Assembly: GCA_963847185.1 (NCBI GenBank)
Contig: CAWJYV010000008.1
Coordinates: forward strand, 480,001 to 544,000
Source: an uncultured Methanosarcinaceae archaeon
GTDB taxonomy: Archaea; Halobacteriota; Methanosarcinia; Methanosarcinales; Methanosarcinaceae
DNA length: 64,000 nucleotides
Direction: 5' to 3'
In this document: piece by piece, positions 21,935-33,050 of the stretch
Layout of the letters: every line of letters starts with the position of its first letter
Position numbering within the stretch: the first letter of the stretch is position 1
Notes under the pieces: generated by a model
What the model was told of the DNA's origin: nothing
The model's input: the letters and a program-made list of their open reading frames with translations, nothing else
The model's database searches: none
Program-made: the position numbers and the translations under genes

Positions 21935-22822
21935 GAGCGTGTCTTAAAATTATATAATTCGAGATACATTATAAAATCCTTAGATACAAATGAAGAACAG
22001 CCACTATACCTTCAAGAGAAACGAGAATCACTTTTTACAGTTAAAATTATCTGACGTATGTAATGAGGTTAGACTTCCTGTCAGGTATATCGACAACTTC
22101 TTCTTTCTTATACCCAAGCACAGCCGAATCGTAAGGCTTGTAGCCCTCAGGTATTTTCAGTTCCTTTCGCAATTCGGGACCTTGTGGTGAATAAAACGCT
22201 AACAGAACGAAGAAAATCCAACACGACCCCAGCCCGATTGACTCTGCGGCTAGTAGCAAGTTCTGAGTAGCGGCGGCGCAATCCGCGTCAAGAGGTATGG
22301 GTGCCTGCTCATTGCCAGAGATTATGACTAGTGTTGGTGCACCGTACAAACAATTGAACTTCTCATTATTTCCTAGTCCCTTTAAATGTTCAAAACCGTG
22401 TTGCTTAGCTGCTTCTTTAGCCGCAATATTCAGTCTGTCCAGCAGTTCCTTGTTTTGAATTACTGTAAAATGCCACGCCTGACCCCCGGCGTTAGGAGCA
22501 TACAACCCTGCTTCCAGCACTGCCTGCAATTCTTCCTCCTTGATCTGTTCATCTTTGAAGCTTCTGATACTCCTGCGCTGTTTAATGATTTTTAAAGTCT
22601 CATTGACAATCATCAAAGAATCCCTCCTTTAGTTTTAATTTATAAGAAGAATATCCAGAGCCTTTGGAAGACTATACGTTATTCACTTTTAGCTGCTACT
22701 GGTCTTCTGTCAAACATATGAAGTATGAAAAACTTTTATTTGATTTGGTGGTTTTTAGAAATTTAAAGTTAACGTTGCCCATTATCCAGTTATAGAAATG
22801 GTTTGAATTTTAAGACAGCCTC
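21935..22822. mobile_element. Non-autonomous IS-ended cassette carrying a nitroreductase gene
   Basis: Terminal inverted repeats GAGCGTGTCTTAAAATT / AATTTTAAGACAGCCTC; TAA target duplication at 21932-34 and 22823-25; no transposase. Confidence 0.8.
22047..22613 (-). CDS. Nitroreductase family protein
   Basis: RRSIRSFK, APNAGGQAWHF, AATQNLLLAAESIGLGSCW; AAGGAGGG RBS. Confidence 0.92.
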   Translation of the reverse strand: MIVNETLKIIKQRRSIRSFKDEQIKEEELQAVLEAGLYAPNAGGQAWHFTVIQNKELLDRLNIAAKEAAKQHGFEHLKGLGNNEKFNCLYGAPTLVIISGNEQAPIPLDADCAAATQNLLLAAESIGLGSCWIFFVLLAFYSPQGPELRKELKIPEGYKPYDSAVLGYKKEEVVDIPDRKSNLITYVR

Positions 22823-23124
22823 TAAGGGATATTTCAATGCTACCCGAAGTTTTTACCATAGCAATGATATTGAAGTACCAGGGTCAGGTAGTAATAGAGT
22901 AAATTAAAGTAAAGTAGAGTAAATTAAAGTAAAGCGCTTGAAAAAAATAAAGACATCCCAATAAGGAATATTTACAAGAAGTCTTAAAAAGTCTTAAAAG
23001 TTTGTGCCCCATTGAAAAAAGTGAAAAGTTTGTTAGAACTATAAATTAGAATTTTTGTTAGTGAGTGCAGTTTAGAAATTGTTTTACCCTTTCGCGCTGC
23101 TCTCCGGTTTTTTCCGGGTATGGC

Positions 23125-23355
23125 TTAGGGCTTCTCTAAAGTCCTCGCTTGCATGGCCCTTACTTCTTCCAATCCAATTGCCTGTCCACCCACTCCCCAG
23201 CTTCCACTCTTTACTTCCTGGACTACTACCAATGTATAGTTACGGAGATTTTCTCCCATAAACGAGACTATAACGTCTGTCACGTCCTCGATAAGATTCT
23301 TGATCTCTTCCTCAGAGAATACCCCTTCAATGATTTTGATATCAACAAGTGGCAT
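23125..23355 (-). CDS. 4-oxalocrotonate tautomerase family protein
   Basis: Start MPLVDIK gives the catalytic Pro-1; EV..GSWGVGG. Confidence 0.85.
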   Translation of the reverse strand: MPLVDIKIIEGVFSEEEIKNLIEDVTDVIVSFMGENLRNYTLVVVQEVKSGSWGVGGQAIGLEEVRAMQARTLEKP

Positions 23356-23861
23356 TTCTTTTACCCCCAATTTACCGTTTGGACTTTTATATCCGCGTTT
23401 TTATTTAATTATATCTTATTTTTCCTCTATAAATACACTATTTATAAAGAGAATCAGAATGTGTTTTTCAAGGGTTAGTCATTACTGAAGTTGAATCAAT
23501 CGTCCTAAATGAATACAACGCATTTAGAAGTAACAAGTACTTCAATGTGATATAGAGAACATGGACCATAGCTGTAATGATGCTCGTCTGCGAGAGGAAT
23601 AAAATTAAGTTGGATGCTCAGAATATTGAAAAGTTCATTAAAAGGATATTCTCTAAAGCAAAGACTATCAGATGAGTAAGAGAGGCATTGAAAAACAGTA
23701 CAAACGGATTTCAGAGAAGTATAAAGATGCTGACATTGATTGAAGATAAGTAATAAGGTTATTAAAATTTTAGTGGTGTTGTATGAGTAAATGAACAGCT
23801 TTCTTGAACTTCTCTTTTTCGATTTTCAATTCTTTATTAAAAAGTGAAGGTATTTGGGAAT

Positions 23862-24992
23862 TTATTTTGTACCTTCTACATCTTGTTTTCCATTATCATA
23901 ATTGTTAACTGTGCTTTTTAATTTGTCTGCATAGTCATATATGGAGTTCAAATCATCTATGGGAACTTTCTCTTCATCTTTATCTCCAGTAAACAAGCCT
24001 AGATATTTTTGCTTAGAATTGAAGTACATGCGGCAAATAGGTTTTCTGTTATTATCATCTAATAGCACACCGCAGTAAGATTTCTTATCCCTAATAGCAA
24101 TCCTTTTTAGATTTAAGCTTTCACGAAGAATAGCCTTGATAATATAGTATCCCTGTAGCTCTTCTTCAGTTGTCATAATTCCTTCTGGATTATTATCTGA
24201 AACATCAGATGAAGATGTCTCTTTGCCTTCGTTCAAACCTGAGGGTTGCAAATATTCCGTAGAATTGGAAGAAAGTGAATCCTCAGTCATAGCAAATTTT
24301 AGCCTTTCATTTATCCTATCATTAATGAACTGATTGAGAGCATTTTTTGTAAGAACAGTAAATTTTTCACGGACATTTTGAGTAAAAGGAGAATTAGTTA
24401 CTTTCTTAGTAAAATATTTAACAAACTCTTCAGAAGGAGAATTGATTTCATTAGCAAGTATCTGCTTAATTTCTTTTGTATATTTTAATTCACATGCTAC
24501 ATTTGCCAAATCGTCAATATTGAAGGATTCTTTCTTAAATCTCTTTAATTCATTTATCAGAGGTTCTTTGATGTCTAATAAGTTTATCTCCAAAAATGCT
24601 TTGTCATCCATTTTATTTGGAGCATCAATATCTGTATAAAAACGATATATAATTCCGTTTGTTAAAATTCCAATCTTTGCTTCACTTACAGTAAAATACC
24701 TGAAAAGTTGAGAGGCATATTCTTTATCCAGATCAGCACCAATATTTTTACATTCTATTAATATTATTGGTTTACCATCCTGAAGAATAGCGTAATCAAC
24801 TTTTTCCCCTTTCTTTGTGCCGTAATCAGTTGTAAATTCAGGAACAACTTCAGTAGGATCAAAAACATTGTATCCCAATATGTTTAAAAGAGGCATTACA
24901 AGAGCATTTTTTGTGGCTTCTTCAGTTTTGATACTTTCAGATAACTTTGGAATTTTTGCAGACAATACTTTTATTTGATCTATAAAATCCAT
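23862..24992 (-). CDS. Stand-alone type I restriction HsdR N-terminal-like (PD-D/ExK) protein
   Basis: TEEATKNAL, EVVPEF..D.GTKKGEKVDYAI, ILIECK, QLFRYF, LTNG..YRFY. Confidence 0.8.
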   Translation of the reverse strand: MDFIDQIKVLSAKIPKLSESIKTEEATKNALVMPLLNILGYNVFDPTEVVPEFTTDYGTKKGEKVDYAILQDGKPIILIECKNIGADLDKEYASQLFRYFTVSEAKIGILTNGIIYRFYTDIDAPNKMDDKAFLEINLLDIKEPLINELKRFKKESFNIDDLANVACELKYTKEIKQILANEINSPSEEFVKYFTKKVTNSPFTQNVREKFTVLTKNALNQFINDRINERLKFAMTEDSLSSNSTEYLQPSGLNEGKETSSSDVSDNNPEGIMTTEEELQGYYIIKAILRESLNLKRIAIRDKKSYCGVLLDDNNRKPICRMYFNSKQKYLGLFTGDKDEEKVPIDDLNSIYDYADKLKSTVNNYDNGKQDVEGTK

Positions 24993-25547
24993 TATTTTCT
25001 ACTCCTTTATGGAAAATTCTTCAAGGCCTAAAAATATCATAACATCTTTACAGATATATCTTCTGCTTTTTCTTTTATGTTCTTTCCTTTATTTTCAAAT
25101 CAAATTTTTCATCATTCAGTTTCAATAGAACACGAATTTTATCAGAGATTCTAGATCAATTATTGAAACGACAAAGAGAATAATAAGAGAAATAGAAAAT
25201 AATTCAAACAATTAATCTTTCTTTTTTTGAAGAACCTGTTGATAAGCTTTGAATCATCCAGATGTCATCAGTTAGGGTAACTAGCAGGGAAAATATCCAT
25301 GTAAGAACCTGAAATCTCCATTTTTAAGTTGAAGCAGTAGAAAGTAACTGACCGAAAAAATAATCTGTATTTCTACAGTTTGCGAGATTTCAATGAATAT
25401 TTTTGCACCTTTGATCCAATGGATCGAAGCTTTAAAAAATGGATATATGTATGATTAACTGCACACAGCAGTTAATATACATATTTTTAAGTAACTGGCA
25501 TGATAAGTATTAGTATATACCAGAGTAAATATTCTTTTTTAAGAGAA

Positions 25548-26847
<1,300 letters not shown>

Positions 26848-27063
26848 TTAATAATGTTTTGTTTCCCGAGTTTCGCTTCGGGAGCACGAGGTCCTTTTCC
26901 CTCGCTTCGCTCGCTCAAGAGGACTAGTTCTGGTTTAGAATCTTGGTTAGCTTTCCAAATTGAGATTGGGGGTCTGTTACTCTTTTTTCTTGTTCTGCTC
27001 TCTTAGGAAGACTAATTTATGATTTAGAATAAGTACTACTTTCGGGTGGGCGAAACAAAAAGT

Positions 27064-27441
27064 TTAGAAGAATGAGCCTCTAAATATCAGGAGGCTAAGG
27101 AGCATGAGAATAATTGCAAGGATTGTTACGGTCTTTGCACTTTCTTTGTCGCTTCCGAAGATGATGGGGATCGGACCGATCATTATTACTCCTCCTGTCT
27201 TGATTTCTGGCTCGATTTTTCTCACAGGAGGTTTCTCGTGGAAGGGTCCCTTAGAATCTGGAATGTTCTGAACGTCAGTTTTTTTTCCGAATGAGCTTTC
27301 TCTTTTTGAGTGATCCTGTTTCGATTCAGAGTCCCGGGGCGTTCCCAGGGATATACCAATTATGATTAGTATAAATCCGATGAGTATTATGAAGATTCCA
27401 ACCAAAAAAAGGGTAGTTCCTATCAACGTTTTATTCTCCAA
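27064..27441 (-). CDS. DUF131 (TIGR00304) membrane protein
   Basis: GGVIMIGPIPIIFGS motif, hydrophobic termini. Confidence 0.85.
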   Translation of the reverse strand: MENKTLIGTTLFLVGIFIILIGFILIIIGISLGTPRDSESKQDHSKRESSFGKKTDVQNIPDSKGPFHEKPPVRKIEPEIKTGGVIMIGPIPIIFGSDKESAKTVTILAIILMLLSLLIFRGSFF

Positions 27442-27668
27442 ATGAATAGATAAAGGATCATTATTAATAGTCCGATCCCGAGCATACCTGTTGTTATCTC
27501 AGGCGAAGAGCCAAAGGCTATGGGAATTGGGCCAATCATAATTAACCCGCCAATCTGACTGGTTCCTGGATTTTGTGACGCTGTAAAGAGTGCTCCTAAA
27601 AATAATATCAGAAAACCTGCTAAGATGAGTGCTGCCCCTACTCTTAGAAAATCTTCAGATTTTTGCAT
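27423..27668 (-). CDS. DUF131 membrane protein
   Basis: GGLIMIGPIPIAFGS motif. Confidence 0.85.
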   Translation of the reverse strand: MQKSEDFLRVGAALILAGFLILFLGALFTASQNPGTSQIGGLIMIGPIPIAFGSSPEITTGMLGIGLLIMILYLFIWRIKR

Positions 27669-28320
27669 ATGAAATGATATATTTCTTTTATTATTAAATG
27701 TATCTTTGTTTGTTCCTGTGTCTGTTTTCTGGAAGGTATCTTTATACCTGATGCTCAGGTAATAAGGTATAAATGGAAAAGAAAGGTATGGGTCCTGAAA
27801 TAAATCCCAACATCGATATATATTATGCAGGTATCAGAAATGCTTTGTATCAGTAAGTAGTCTTATTGGATAAAAAGTGGGTTTCAGGTTTTGCAGGAAC
27901 TTATATATACCCTTTTTATATTTATAAGTTCATATTAATTCCCGGTATCTTAATATATCCTGTGAGAAGAGAACTCTTTAAATGTCATTCCTGCATTTGA
28001 TATGTGTGAGTTGTCATATGACGGGTTATCTTATGAAAAGATTGTTCTTTTCCTGATTTTTCCCGTTTTGGGCTTTACTTCTTGTAAAAGTCTGAATACT
28101 AATATCCTGTAATTTACTGATAAATATACAGGAATATTTACAGGTCTACAAATAACTACTTAAAGTTTGATTAGTGCAATGGGTAATAATCTGAATCTTA
28201 ATAAACTAACAATTCAGTTGACCTTCAATCGACTGATCCAGAAATCAACAATTCCAGAGTGAATTAACTTTTAAAACATGTTATCAAATTAATTTTATAC
28301 GACAAAACAGGTGTTTTCAA

Positions 28321-29562
28321 ATGTCAGACGACGGTACAATGAGATCTTCCCTGGAAGATATCAAAACCAGGGTAGAAGTAGAGCTTGAGTGTGGGGAGAT
28401 TAATGCTGAAGATGTGAAATCTCTCTTAACCGAAATAGAGATAATGAAGGTTCAGAATGAAAATATGAAGGCTCGGCTCCTTGAGGCAAGTGTGGCAACA
28501 GGCAGGCACCTTCAGGAAATCAACAAATTAAAAGCTCACCTGGAACAGCTTACTCAGCCTCCTCTTTTTATTGCAACCATTCTTGAGGTGAACGGAGAAA
28601 TTGCCCTTATCAGGCAGCACGGAAACAATCAGGAAGTACTTACCCAAATTCCTGATGAGTGCCTTGGAAAGATCGAACCCGGAATGAGGGTTGCTGTAAA
28701 CGGGGCTTACTCAATAATCTCCATAGTTAGCAGGGCAGCTGATGTTCGTGCTCAGGTTATGGAACTTATTAACTCTCCTGGTGTGGATTATAGCATGATT
28801 GGAGGGCTGGATGAGGTGCTTCAGGAAGTCCGAGAAAGCGTTGAATTGCCGCTCACGGAACCTGAACTCTTTGAAGACCTGGGAATTGAGCCTCCTTCCG
28901 GTGTTCTTCTCCACGGTGCTCCTGGAACTGGAAAAACCCTTATTGCAAAAGCTATAGCCTCCCAGGCGAAGGCAACTTTCATCCGCATGTCAGGTTCGGA
29001 CCTGGTCCAGAAGTTCGTTGGTGAAGGCTCAAGGCTTGTCAAAGATATTTTCCAGCTTGCCAGGGATAAGTCCCCAAGTATCCTATTTATAGATGAAATC
29101 GATGCTGTTGGTAGCATGAGAACTTATGACGGAACCAGCGGCTCGGCAGAAGTAAACAGGACAATGCTCCAGCTTCTTGCGGAGATGGACGGTTTTGATC
29201 CCAAGGGCAATGTAAAAGTGGTTGCTGCAACCAACAGGATTGACCTTCTTGATCCAGCTCTTCTCAGGCCTGGCAGATTTGACAGGTCTATTGAAGTTCC
29301 GCTTCCTGACGACATAGGCAGAATCGAGATCCTTAAAATCCATACCCGTAAGATGAACCTTGCCGATGATGTAGACTTTGAGAAACTTGCAAAGGTTATG
29401 GCAGGGAGAAGCGGGGCAGAGATCAGCGTAATTGTCAAAGAAGCCGGAATCTTTGTCCTGCGCAGGCGCGGGAAACAGATTGCCATGGCAGACTTCATGA
29501 AAGCCTATGACAAAGTCGTAAATATCAAGGAGCCTTCAATTCCTCATGCCATGTTCGTATAA
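28321..29562 (+). CDS. pan: Proteasome-activating nucleotidase (AAA ATPase)
   Basis: Coiled coil + OB fold, GAPGTGKT, FIDEIDA, DPALLRPGRFDR. Confidence 0.95.
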   Translation: MSDDGTMRSSLEDIKTRVEVELECGEINAEDVKSLLTEIEIMKVQNENMKARLLEASVATGRHLQEINKLKAHLEQLTQPPLFIATILEVNGEIALIRQHGNNQEVLTQIPDECLGKIEPGMRVAVNGAYSIISIVSRAADVRAQVMELINSPGVDYSMIGGLDEVLQEVRESVELPLTEPELFEDLGIEPPSGVLLHGAPGTGKTLIAKAIASQAKATFIRMSGSDLVQKFVGEGSRLVKDIFQLARDKSPSILFIDEIDAVGSMRTYDGTSGSAEVNRTMLQLLAEMDGFDPKGNVKVVAATNRIDLLDPALLRPGRFDRSIEVPLPDDIGRIEILKIHTRKMNLADDVDFEKLAKVMAGRSGAEISVIVKEAGIFVLRRRGKQIAMADFMKAYDKVVNIKEPSIPHAMFV

Positions 29563-29670
29563 ATGATTTAAGAAAGCGAAAACTAAAATTAGATATTTTT
29601 CAACCTGAAGGAAAACTGCCTTTCAGTTGTGCCAGGGAGGTAAATCTCCTTCCATCACTCATTTTATTAC

Positions 29671-30386
29671 AAGGGAGCGCAGAGGGTCACGAATACCCCA
29701 ACCTTTAGGTTGGGGATGAAGTGAACCCTCGCCTCTTCGTTTTTCTCTTTAAATCTCTAAATCATTACTTTTTTTGTAAAATGAGGTTTTTTTGGCACCA
29801 TGGCCACAGGTGGTGCCAGCCAGCCTATAGCCTGGATGTGATATGCGTTGGAATTGAACAGTTTTAGCCATGGCTATGGTCAGATAACTTACCATCTCGT
29901 TTTGGTGCCAAAGTATCGATACAATATATTCTACAATAAGCGAATTAAAAAGGATTGCGAGTTGATTCTCAACAATATTTGTATGGAGCAAGGCTACAAG
30001 ACTTCATGCTATGGAAATTGTAGATGATCACGTTCACTTGTTCGTGGAATTTCATCCAAGTAACTCTTTGTCAGAAGTAGTTCAATACTTGAAAGGAGGA
30101 AGTTCTTATAGACTTTTCAAGCTATCATCCTGAATTAAAGAAACGATATTGGGGTGGAAGTCTATGGTCAAGAGGAAAATTCTATCGATCAGTTGGAAAT
30201 GTAACAGCTGACACAATCAAACATTATATTAAGGAATCACAGAAGAAACCGAAAGAAGAGTTCTAAGTCTTCTGAATCAACGAAATTTGGTCAAAGAATA
30301 ATTGAAGATTTCTAACCCCAAAAAACCGGGCGTGCGGCCCGAAGCATACCCCATCCTTTAGGGTGGGGTGGCCGCACGCAATTTGA
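29671..30386. mobile_element. IS200/IS605-family element, tnpA only; ends approximate
   Basis: Related subterminal hairpins CCCCAACCTTTAGGTTGGGG and CCCCATCCTTTAGGGTGGGG flank tnpA; TTAC lies immediately 5'. Confidence 0.8.
29848..30266 (+). pseudogene. tnpA: IS200-type HUH (Y1) transposase with two frameshifts
   Basis: YHLVLVPKYR, DHVHLFV (HUH), LKGGSS, LWSRGKFYRSVG, IKHYI. Confidence 0.88.
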
Positions 30387-30467
30387 TTTTTTTAGATGTC
30401 AGACGAAAGGTTTATATTTTATAAATTACTTGAAGATATGCTCTTAGGCAAAACGTAATAACAAGAT

Positions 30468-30542
30468 GCTCCGATAGTGTAGCTCGGCCAATCATTCAGG
30501 ACTCTCACTCCTGCGACTGGGGTTCAAATCCCCATCGGAGCA
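30468..30542 (+). tRNA. tRNA-Glu(CTC)
   Basis: GCTCCGA/TCGGAGC acceptor stem, CAGGA-CTCTCAC-TCCTG anticodon arm, GGTTCAAATCC T-arm. Confidence 0.97.
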
Positions 30543-30661
30543 CTTTTCTCTTTTATAGTTCTTTTGATGTTACATATTTAGGACTTATATTGTATTCGAA
30601 AATTCATGTATTAAATCCTTAACAGTCAATAGATTTAAATTTAAACCATACTGTTTATTAT

Positions 30662-30790
30662 GAACTCATCCCAGAACTCAAAATTGCTTCTCTGAATCCT
30701 ATATTCCGAATAACAAATCGAGTTCAAATCACGAAAAACAATTCTAAAAATTTAATTATTTGATAATAAAATTGGTTTTGGGATAAGCTC
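30662..30790 (+). mobile_element. MITE family A, copy 1 (about 130 bp)
   Basis: TIR GAACTCATCCCAGAAC / GTTTTGGGATAAGCTC, TAT on both flanks; similar to 37777-37908 and 43399-43611. Confidence 0.75.
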
Positions 30791-30798
30791 TATATTTG

Positions 30799-32079
30799 GG
30801 GGTTCTCAAATTAGAATTTTGATTAAAAATTTATCCTTTTTTTCACTAACCTGGTCTGGAACGTACTTCTTTTTTTCAATTGCGATAGCTTTAAATATCA
30901 TAAAAATTGTCGCTTTCATGTGTAACAAAATATGATATATAAAGGAGTCCTCTTTGAGGACTCCCTCGAAAACTATCTGGGCAGAGAAAGTATCTCAATT
31001 TGCCAATTCCTGTACTTCCTCTGCATTGACGATATTTCAAAGCACGTAGAACGTGCTTTTTATACCAACAAGAGTTGGCACTTTAAGTATAGTGTTTCTT
31101 CTATGATAAAACTCTTTGTTGTGAAATGTTTCAGGAAACTTTCATATGATAAAACCATTTCTTCCCTAACAGAGGAAGAAGCTATTCTATCTTTTTTTGA
31201 TGAAAATGGTCAAATAAAACTTCCTTCAGGTGGAACCCTTCATCATTTTGTGAAATACAGGCTTGGAGAAGAAGGAATCAATGAGATTATGATGTTGCTA
31301 GGTGAAAAAATCCTTAAACTTTCATCTGAAAAGGAAGCCAAGATTGATTCTACCCCACTTGAAGCTTCAAGATACGATAAACACGCTGACTACAATCCAC
31401 ATTACGAGTGTAAAATGGATAAATCCCACATTACAATGGTTGGTACCTACCCTGTTATTATGACTTATACAAATGGTCTTGCATCTGATTCTCCAGAACT
31501 TATCAAACATATAGAAGCTTTGCAAAAAATGAATGCGAATATAGAATCATATTCTGCAGACGGAGGTTATGATTCATTTCTGAATCATGCGTATATATGG
31601 TTTCATCTTAAAGCAAAACCAGTTATTTCTTACGCATCAAATGCCGTAATCAATAAAGAAGGAAAAATGAAACGAATAGATCACTGGGTCAATAAAATGT
31701 GGAAAATAGGAGGAGATATTTAACGCAAAAATGGAAGACAAACTCGAATTTCTCTACAAAAACGGAAGGATGTTACAGGTTGGAATGTATCTGAGAAACC
31801 AGAATATCAACGATGATTCATTCAAAGAACTATATAAAAAGAGAGCTGAATGTGAAAAGATACATGGCCATATTAAGGATACAGTAAAATTCGACGTCAG
31901 AAAAGTAAGAAAGCAGAGTAGAAAATTATACTCACTCCTGAACTTCGTTGCAGTATCAGCTATTGGTGCTTACAGAATTGCAAAACAAAGTCCAAAACAG
32001 AAATTCATTTGGAGGATATTTTTAAAGAAATGATTGTCAAATTAGATCAGGGAGTTTTCAAACCTAATTTGAGATCCTC
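30799..32079 (+). mobile_element. Insertion sequence (DDE transposase; family not assigned)
   Basis: 16-bp imperfect TIRs GGGGTTCTCAAATTAG / CTAATTTGAGATCCTC; 5-bp TSD ATTTG at 30794-98 and 32080-84. Confidence 0.88.
30932..32025 (+). pseudogene. DDE transposase with frameshifts near 31720 and 31950
   Basis: IDSTPLEA, ADGGYDS, YKKRAECEKIHGHIK; corrected C-terminus reads YQLLVLTELQN...FGGYF*. Confidence 0.85.
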
Positions 32080-32228
32080 ATTTGAACTTCATAAGTGAAG
32101 TGCATAATCTATAGATGAATGAAAAAATATATTATTTTGGCAAAAACGACATTCGAAGCATGAATCGAAGAATGAATTTACTTAAGACAGGTAGAGTTAA
32201 GGTTTCTAATTGCTAATTTTTAAATATT

Positions 32229-32777
32229 TTAATGAAAATCGTCTTTATGAAATATGCTCTCTGTCTTGATCCCATAAGCTGTAAACATGTTTTCAATCCA
32301 TATTGTAGCTATTTTGGAAAAATTAACGCCAAAATCATGGGTTATTATCAGCTTATAATGGCCTTCGCAATCTGTGTAATCGATAGTATCGATCCAGCTA
32401 GTTATCTTGAGATTGACGATCAGCCCATCTATAACTTCTTTTAGACTACATTCCTCAAGAGACTTCTGAAAGTATAACTCTATTGTATATTCTATGGTTT
32501 TATTCCGGATAAAAAGCTCACTTAGCAGCTCAATATCAGCAGTTTCTATTAGCAATTTAAATGTAGTTTTTTCGATAATAACTAATGATTTTGCCTTTTT
32601 AAGGCGCATCCAATATTTTTCTTCTAGGGATAATGCAGGTCCCTTTTTTGAGCTGTTTTCCAGACATTCCAGTGCAAATTCTAAGGTTTTTTGCTGTGTT
32701 TCATATTTTTCGGCTTGTTTTTTTAATAATTCCCAATGTTTCTGCGAGATTGTAGTGGAAATTCGGTGTGTTTTCAA
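32229..32777 (-). CDS. Putative ribbon-helix-helix regulator with a C-terminal ligand-binding-like domain, divergent from the protease
   Basis: N-terminal beta-alpha-alpha pattern HRISTTISQKHWELLKK...QQKTLEFALECL; C-terminus may be frameshifted (alternative frame KTIFIKIFKN*). Confidence 0.55.
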   Translation of the reverse strand: MKTHRISTTISQKHWELLKKQAEKYETQQKTLEFALECLENSSKKGPALSLEEKYWMRLKKAKSLVIIEKTTFKLLIETADIELLSELFIRNKTIEYTIELYFQKSLEECSLKEVIDGLIVNLKITSWIDTIDYTDCEGHYKLIITHDFGVNFSKIATIWIENMFTAYGIKTESIFHKDDFH

Positions 32778-33050
32778 AATCGTTCACCCCAAATTTCAGA
32801 CTTTTTTGAATTCATACAATTTCTCGAAATCGGGCAAATGATCATATGCTTAAAACCTGCAATTATTTACACATATTTCTACGGTGTTGGACGTATTTGA
32901 TTTGAGTACAACCACAAGTAAGAATTAGTTCACTAATTATTTTTCCATCCGCACATCAAACGAATATGCGCATTCTGTACATATGTTATCTGGATAGCAT
33001 ATTTCTACCTGCGTATTTTATTTTAGCTTTGTTCACAGTAAAAAAATGCT

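Larger units (their letters stand above)
21670..23020 (+). pseudogene. Degraded tyrosine integrase N-terminal part, split by an insertion at 21935-22822
   Basis: Fragments TERNYPQA, EAEEEIESGVLPRQRKTKRYLLNFKKHLEEQGLAP, TVK|GYFNATRSFYHSNDIEVP, EVLKVCAPL, with stops and frameshifts. Confidence 0.65.

Noticed and set aside
29671-30386. TnpB/IscB RNA-guided nuclease in the IS200/IS605 element
   Set aside because: The element is only about 0.7 kb and encodes just a broken tnpA.
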